The notes under the pieces were generated by a model. It saw only the letters and a program-made list of their open reading frames with translations. It was not told where the DNA came from and searched no databases. Below are positions 58,101-64,000 of a stretch of DNA of 64,000 nt, piece by piece. The position numbers and the translations under genes are program-made. The DNA lies in contig OZ038379.1 of assembly GCA_964036045.1 (NCBI GenBank), positions 25,730,001 to 25,794,000 on the forward strand, written 5' to 3'. Numbering within the stretch: the first letter of the stretch is position 1; every line of letters starts with the position of its first letter. This DNA comes from Eutreptiella sp. 'Long Island Sound 2002'. Taxonomy: Eukaryota > Protista > Euglenida.

Positions 58101-61100
58101 AGCTTCCGGGCAGCTTCCACTCACACAATACTCCTTGTTTCGTGGCCTTTTGGTGGGTAGTGCCGCTGCAGGCTTGTGGGTTGCAAGAAAGGACACTTGC
58201 ACCATTCACATGAACGATGTGCCTCACATCTTGCAGCTGCCGTTGTCTTGTCGGACCCACAACATGATGTGGTCGCAAGGGTTGCGCACACTGTGTGACC
58301 ACATTACGGCAACCACCACTGTTGACACACACATCATCCATGTGGTGCATTATGGTTCCACGTGCATAGCCCTTGGCTGCTATGGCGGTAAATTCTTCTA
58401 CATTGACGTCGAGGGATCTACCCGTCTTCCTTCTATGTGCAGTTCAACAACTTGGAAGATGTGGTGAACCATGGTCTCTTTGCAGAGGCCAAATTACGCA
58501 AAGCATATTGCAAGTGTGCTACCGAGGGCTGTGAACTATGCCATTTCTGGCTTCACACGCTCTCATTTTCGCAGCCCACAACAGGGGGTGTGGGCAACTT
58601 GAGGCACCCATATTTTCTTGGGTGAGGGCCTAGAGTGGAGGGACCCGTTCCTCAAGTGGACCCCTTAAGCCACCGCCCTTGGCGATGTAAAATCATTGCA
58701 CCGTGTTGCCTTTGTCCGCGTTTTCTGCGAAAATTTTCAAGCATAAGAACCCCCCCCCTTTTTTCCAAGCGCCCAATTTTAAGGTGCATTTCTTAAACCC
58801 CCCCCCTTTTTCAGACCCCTTGAAAATTGATGAAACTGGCCCCATGTCCGCAATTTGAGAATCGATGCGCCCCTGCACCAAACACCCTTGATTTGACGGA
58901 ACGGGTTGTAGTTAGCAGGGATGATGCGAAAAAAAAGGAGCGTGCCAAAAAAATCCCTGCGGTGATGAAACCAAAGGTCACTTTGAAGGTGGCACAGGCG
59001 GTTGCTAGCAAGGCTACGTTTTACAGCGAAGCCTCGCTTGGACACTCGGATTGGGCATGGAAGCCAGAAAAGGATGCAAGCTCCGCGGCCGATTCTGATT
59101 CGTCTCGTGGAAGCGAGACCTTGGCATCTTCCAAAGATGCTAATACCTCTTCTTCTTCCTCGTCAGCTTCCTCTTCTTCCTCTTCTTCGGGGGTGGAAGT
59201 TCTCCCCAAAAGGAAGGCAGCGAAGGCCAAGGGCACAAAGCGGCCCACTACCACTGCCATGCTGAGTGCTAAAAAGCGATGCCCGCCTGGGCGCAAGAAG
59301 TAGGGTGCCCTCTCCTTCCCCTTCCCTTGCAGCAGCATGCGCGTTAGGGATGGAAGGCCCACACAATGGCGCGGGGAGGGAGGCTTGGCCCGCCATAGCC
59401 TTAAGGGCCTTCCGAGTTGCGTCAGCCGACCAGTATAGTATCACACACACACGAAACCTTCCTTTACCCCCCCCCCCCCCCGCCGGCCAGATAGCATTTC
59501 TCACCCCTTGGTGTATTTCTAACCCCATGACCGCCTCGGTGACCCACAGTCCCGAGATTTCCGGTACCCATGGCCGGAAATACCCAAGCCGATGAAACCC
59601 TACCCAACAAATGGGTAGGGGCGGTGCGAATTGTCAGATCACACCTGGGCCGCATACCCAACCATTCGGAGGTGCCCGACACTATGTGAGAATGGTAATG
59701 TATTCGATTTCGTGTGCATATATGCTAAAATCTGAGGCCACCGGGTCCATTTTGGGCCTGCCAAGGGGGCTATGGGGGCTAGGGTGCCCTTCTCGTGGAC
59801 AATACCCCCGCGCAGCGAAAAACCCCCTTAACCCCCCCCCCCCCAAACCCCCCCGCCTTGTTTAATTTTGGCTCTGGGGGGTTTTTTAATCACCCCCCCC
59901 CCCTGGGTGGGTCTCCCTTGTAAATGGTTGAGGCCACAGGGCGTAAAGGGGTAGGGAAACCTTCAATGAGCGGGTGCATTATATTGCAGCCTATGAAGGC
60001 CCGGGGAGCGCAGTGCGGCGCTTCAAGTGGGCGCAAGGATCTGCCATGAAGACCAACAAGGCGACAACGCAACAACGGATGTGCTGGGACGGAGGCCACA
60101 TTCACCGAGGGAAGTTCTCGTCAAGGTGAGGGGCCAGGTCCAAGGATCTGGGTCTTCTGGGGACCTGCTGCCAGACTCAGTGTTGCCAGTAACCCCCCCC
60201 CCCCTCCCCCATCCACGTTTTGTTAGCACTAACGAAACGTGAGCCAGTTGTTTGGGGCATTGAACCGTTAACAAAAACCGGGGCATTAACAAAATGCATG
60301 AGTTGGTCATGTGTGCTACTATGCTGCAGTTCTTATTTGTTGCATTGTTTCATTTGTGCCTCATGGCCAGCTCAAGTGATCAAGTGCAGCAGCAGCAGTA
60401 AGCAACTTTCTTTGAAGACAATCCTTAAGCCCAGCAACACAAACTACTGGTGCTGTGACGTGACAGATTGCTCCGGAATGTGTTGCTGCACCGTTGTATG
60501 AAGTTGACGTGTTGGGTGGTCACCAATTGTGGGTCAATTGTTTGGGCAGCCACAGTGTTAACAAAATTGGGGTGTTAACAAAGTTTGGGTGTTAACAAAA
60601 CCTGGGAGGGGGTTTAGCAGGCAGCGTACAATAGTTGAGAGAGCTGTGAACCCTGCCTTCAGGGGTTGGCTTGCAACAGTGGCCTGACACTACGTCCAAA
60701 GGGCCACGGCACACTCTGCAAGTAAAAACACGGCCCCTCTCCACTCAACCGTCAGCAGGGCTGGCATACCACAGCCCAGCAGGCTCTATGTCGCCGGCAG
60801 AACCTCCGCCACCCCCGCCTTCACTGCGCCTTCTGCGCCGCCATTGTCCCTAAGCAAAAGCTGCACCATTTTCCCGTGTTTTGCAGCGGAGGTCGAGCAG
60901 ATCACCGCCAAGTTTCAGGTGTTGGAGGAGTTCCACTTCGTCGTCCCCCAGTCGACATGGCGCAGATATTTCGTCGTGTACAATTGGCCGGATGTGTTGG
61001 AGGTGGGGCGGCTCACGGCGATTGACAAAGTGCAAGGCGACCTGCTGCGGTTTAAATTCGAGCACGAGCGCAATGTGCAGCACCTGCAGAAGGAGATTGA

Positions 61101-61499
61101 GCACGTGAGCACGCAAATTGCGCTGCTGTTGCAGTGCGATCAATTTGGAGATGTAGACTTGCACTACAAATCTGTGAAGGAGATTAAGAAGAGGCTGCAG
61201 GTGCGTGCGTGCGTGCGTGCGTGCGTGCGTCTGTCTGTGGGTGTGCGTACGTTTGCGTGCGCGTGTATGTGATTGTGTGTGAGTGAGTGTGGGATCCATC
61301 TGAGGAGCAGCTGGGCGTGCATTTGTTCGTAGCGATCCTCGTGTGTTTCTGTGTGTCCATGGGTTCGTACAGAAAGGTGCCTAGCCTTCAATGACTTCCT
61401 CTGATTGTTGGCCTGACGAGTTGTTCCGACCAGTGCACTTCTGCCTGTCTGTATATCTGCAGTGGGTTGGTTCTCTTGGTCTCCTCACGCCGTGTGTGT

Positions 61500-61543
<44 letters not shown>

Positions 61544-61876
61544 CTGTTGGTCGAAACACAGCGTACCACACTCCTTGGGGGGCTGAAGTAGTGCAGGGGG
61601 CAGGGAGGTGAGGGCTCCAAGTTGTACCCCAAATCCACAGGCGGCTCTGAAGCTGCCATCTGGTCATCCTTTGCTGCAGGCCTCTGGCTGGGTCCGGAAC
61701 GCCAGAGGCTATGTCGGTGTACTGACCATCGCCTGGGGTCTGGGAATCCTCGTCTCCGCTCCCTGTACTGCAGAAAGGCGCCTATTGGCGCCGGACATGC
61801 TCTGTTTGTCTTGTCTGATGACCAACTGATGAGGATTTTTCAGTCAGCCAACAACGCTTTGTGCTGTGCATCGCAA

Positions 61877-61947
<71 letters not shown>

Positions 61948-63916
61948 CACTGGAAGCACTTGTGGCCTTTTCCCAAACATCTCAGATACAAACACAGGGC
62001 ACCCACTCGCTGTTATAGAGGGAACCGATAAGAGGCTGATATGGAATGGGGTGGACAGTGGGGGCACAGGACACCTGTGACACTGCAAGCAGCAATCAGA
62101 ATGTAGAGAATGAGCCTGGTGGTTTGTTGTACCGGTGTCAGGGTGCGTACTGAAACCAAATCCGTGAAGTCTGCCAGATCAGTGGGGCCCCACTGGAGTG
62201 CGGAAGGGGGGGGGGGGGTGGACGGGGGGATGGGTCAGAGAGCCGACCGCTTTTGGTGCCTTTCATTATTCCCCCGGGCCCACGTTTTCGGTTGTGGGTG
62301 GGCCAATCCGCCCCAGGCCAAATGACCCTCAGCCAGGGCCTCAAAGTGACCTCCTGGACAGGCTGTACTCGCAACAGTCTTTCATGCACAGCAAAAGCTT
62401 TGTTTGCTTCATGCTGCGTCGTGCACATCATCGGCTTTACTATTTTTTACGATATATTTCATCATTATGGCATACCCCCCCCGCCCCCACCGCCGCCGGG
62501 TCAGTGGCCAGGCAACGGTCTGTGCCAGATATGATACGCATAGCATTACCTGGGAAGGCTGCGCTCGTGCCTTTTCCGGTCCTTAAGGCAGGGACTGTGC
62601 TGTGCTGTGCTAGCTCCGTCATGCGGCTAAGGCGCTGGGCCAAGTGGCCGGGGGGGGGTCGTGCAAGCAGACGACATCCAGTTGCCCGTCTTCTCGCTGC
62701 AGAAAGGCGTCTCGTCCATGTGGGCGGGAGGTCACTTCCCTCGCCACTGGGGTCTGTGTGCGTGAGGGCGGTTGTCGACTGTTGGCGGTCGGGGCATATG
62801 ATGCGCATGTGCTGTTGGAGGCCAGAGGGATCAGAAAGAAGAGCAACCAACTGCCCCGGGACATCGTGAGCAGTGGAATTCCTATGAACAGGGGGTAGAC
62901 ACATATGGCCATTTATCGAAGGCAGACCGATGCTTAGGTGCGTCCCACTGGAGTGCAAGGAGTGGGGGGGGGGGGTCGGTGATTGGGTGGGCTACTCCCA
63001 TAGCTCAATGGTCTGAGGTATTGGCACCAGGCATAACAAATCGGACAGGTCTGGGATTCGATTCCTGCCGGCCCCATTGAGTGACAGGCCGAGGAGGTCC
63101 TGAGATGGGTGGTGTCCGAAACCGGAGGGGCAGGGTAAACCCCACCATTGAGCTCCTAACATAGACAACAGGCTGGAAGGGTTCAAACCTGACTGACCAC
63201 ACTGTTACTGAAGGAGCTACCCTGCGGCACGGCCCTGGAGCATACTGCAACGGAGGCAAGCACAAGGATTGCCACACTGGAATCTGTTGCTCGGAAGTAA
63301 CCGGCAACCGCCGTTGGTCAGCCGCCAACTGCCGTCAGTCAACTGCGAACTGACTTGGCAACTGACTTGGCAGCCGTTCTGGAGACCCCCGCCCCGCTAA
63401 GCAATCGTCTGATCAAAGGAGGACCACCGGTCACCAATTGCCTGGTAGAAGAGGGTGCCCATAGGCCCACAACCCCACACCACAAACGTTCTGGGAAGCA
63501 CTGTCCACATGTCGACGTCATTAGGGGTGCTCAGTTCCTCGCACATTCTCGCCGATTGTCGCCCCACAGCTCTGTTGAGAAGCGTCCGGCAAGTGGCACT
63601 GCAGGTGCCGAAAATCACCCCCGGCGCAGCCGGTGACCTTGGTGACCTCTAGAAACTATGCTCCCTCCGCAATTTTTTTGGGTCTGATGTCGGCAGGCCT
63701 TTGTCATGCCCTCAGGAGTTGAGCGCACTGCAAAAGCTGTACGCTTCACGAGAGGAGGCGTTAAATTGGGAGGGCCTGGTGCCAAACGCCGTGGAGAAGC
63801 TGATGCCACAGTTTGAGCCCCACTACGCGCTCTGGTTCAACGCCTACAGCTTTGTCAATGCCCACGGCGGCTGGATGGAAGGCGCCTTCTCAGAGCTGGA
63901 TCCCATCGATGTGCAG
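43151..63916 (+). CDS. Axonemal inner-arm (single-headed, DNAH1-like) dynein heavy chain, N-terminal tail, incomplete at the window end; exons 43151-43324, 43860-44439, (44766-44900 possible), 45055-45140, 46219-46544, 47864-48191, 49370-49591, 50559-51077, 53852-54206, 60887-61200, 63716-63916
   Basis: Motifs recalled from the DNAH1-family tail, in order: EDFD..WRRCEVLSYN..VRW..RLDVVFDGED..F.QR...EADMRYNKWVSELP; LPLYHVDCRPLRKAL..PTGPEELLALR; FQVLEEFHF..YNWP; LYASREEAL..FEPHYALW..WMEGAFSELDP. Splice phases join consistently from 46232 onward. The first three or four exons are less certain. Confidence 0.85.
45141..46218 (+). other. Candidate non-canonical (euglenid-type) intron in the dynein gene
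   Basis: CAG at +4..+6 and CTG at -8..-6. 45144-45154 pairs with 46201-46213 (11 bp plus a 2-nt bulge). Excision joins GTT|CCG in frame. I found no nearby GT donor that fits the phase of the next AG. Confidence 0.5.
48192..49369 (+). other. Probable GC-AG intron in the dynein gene
   Basis: CAG|GCGTGT donor resembles the GTGTGT/GTGCGT donors of neighbouring introns and gives phase 0, matching the acceptor ttgcag|GGG at 49369. Confidence 0.55.
53153..53481 (+). repeat. 9-bp minisatellite (TGTAGCCTG)n, about 36 units
   Basis: Directly visible, with variants TGTAGGCTG and TGTAACCTG. Lies in a dynein intron. Confidence 0.98.
54975..55440 (+). mobile_element. Possible decayed 3' fragment of a non-LTR retrotransposon ORF
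   Basis: WQWGLTFMIDVLCQLRALMWP...TFIELALDFEEFAERT resembles the W..W..EL..DF motif I associate with LINE C-termini, and a frameshift continues it (HLAQNALRKL). Recognition is from memory only. Confidence 0.35.
56255..56560. repeat. Degenerate tandem repeat of about 105-110 bp, about 3 units
   Basis: acgtagca(t/c)ttc.gcccactt.tgggccccc.agaaggca.gg..gagg.agcca.ttctga recurs at about 56264, 56373 and 56477. Confidence 0.85.
56594..57274 (+). repeat. 48-bp minisatellite, about 14 units, each with a hairpin and a TTAGGG motif
   Basis: Unit ccacgctttgttgcgtggacccttgagttggggttagggactcgcaat; period 48 confirmed at 56641, 56689 and 56737. Confidence 0.97.
57318..57794 (+). pseudogene. Cys/His-rich zinc-binding ORF fragment, probably TE-derived
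   Basis: CLFC..MRNHVAVH, then EPCAFCGRSRGTC..SSTC, then NMPRECPIPGC..W..N..L..H. No ATG start, and it lies inside a dynein intron. Confidence 0.45.
58827..59303 (+). other. Lys/Ser-rich low-complexity ORF fragment, likely TE-associated
   Basis: Open frame with KKKERAKK, poly-Ser and a basic C-terminus, intronic, 1 kb from the Cys/His ORF. No recognised domain. Confidence 0.25.
61201..61230 (+). repeat. (GTGC)n microsatellite starting at a dynein intron donor
   Basis: CAG|gtgcgtgcgtgc..., directly visible. Confidence 0.9.
61495..61540 (+). repeat. (GT)n microsatellite
   Basis: Directly visible. Confidence 0.95.
61879..61944 (+). repeat. (GT)n microsatellite, about 33 units
   Basis: Directly visible. 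Confidence 0.97.
62994..63076 (+). mobile_element. tRNA-derived SINE-like head or tRNA pseudogene
   Basis: Pol III A box TAGCTCAATGG (63001) and B-box-like GATTCGATTCC (63055) at tRNA-like spacing. The acceptor and T stems do not pair, so it is not a functional tRNA. Confidence 0.5.
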
Positions 63917-64000
63917 GTTGGAGTTTGTGTGCTCTTCTGTCATTCATTGAACGATTGCAAACCGCCAAGCAATACATTTGGTGCAGAGAATTCTATTGCC

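Noticed and set aside
59590-59622. Hammerhead-like GAAAC plus 9-bp hairpin
   Set aside because: The hairpin is real, but no UH follows it and there is no CUGANGA nearby.
62994-63076. Functional tRNA gene
   Set aside because: The acceptor stem does not pair and the D and T stems have mismatches. Kept only as a SINE-like head.

Overview
Eukaryotic, intron-rich and repeat-rich genomic DNA. It is most likely euglenozoan and probably euglenid; this is inferred from a kinetoplastid-type PKA regulatory subunit and one candidate euglenid-type non-canonical intron. Three host genes could be rebuilt by hand from GT-AG exons: the first two exons of a protein disulfide isomerase (minus, 15781-17189, remainder not found), a complete 12-exon, 494-aa LRR-containing PKA regulatory subunit (plus, 22644-36304), and the N-terminal tail of a single-headed inner-arm dynein heavy chain (plus, from 43151, running off the window). 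The most striking object is a young, nearly intact 8.4-kb Penelope-like retroelement of the N-terminal-endonuclease (Chlamys/Naiad-like) type at 6216-14663 (minus), with 1.5-kb pseudo-LTRs. It has several unusual features. An upstream ORF resembles LINE ORF1p/Gag (CCHC knuckle, RRM-like segment, coiled coil) and sits in the SAME frame as the EN-RT ORF, separated by one UAG. A degenerate PCIF1/CAPAM-like methyltransferase domain precedes the GIY-YIG nuclease. The RT active-site motif reads FRDN, and there is a C-terminal AT-hook. The left end of the window holds a non-autonomous LTR element whose 3' LTR has been split by a 3.1-kb inversion. Introns and intergenic DNA contain micro- and minisatellites, a TIR element, a tRNA-derived SINE-like head and decayed TE fragments. 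All domain calls are motif recognition by eye; no searches were run.
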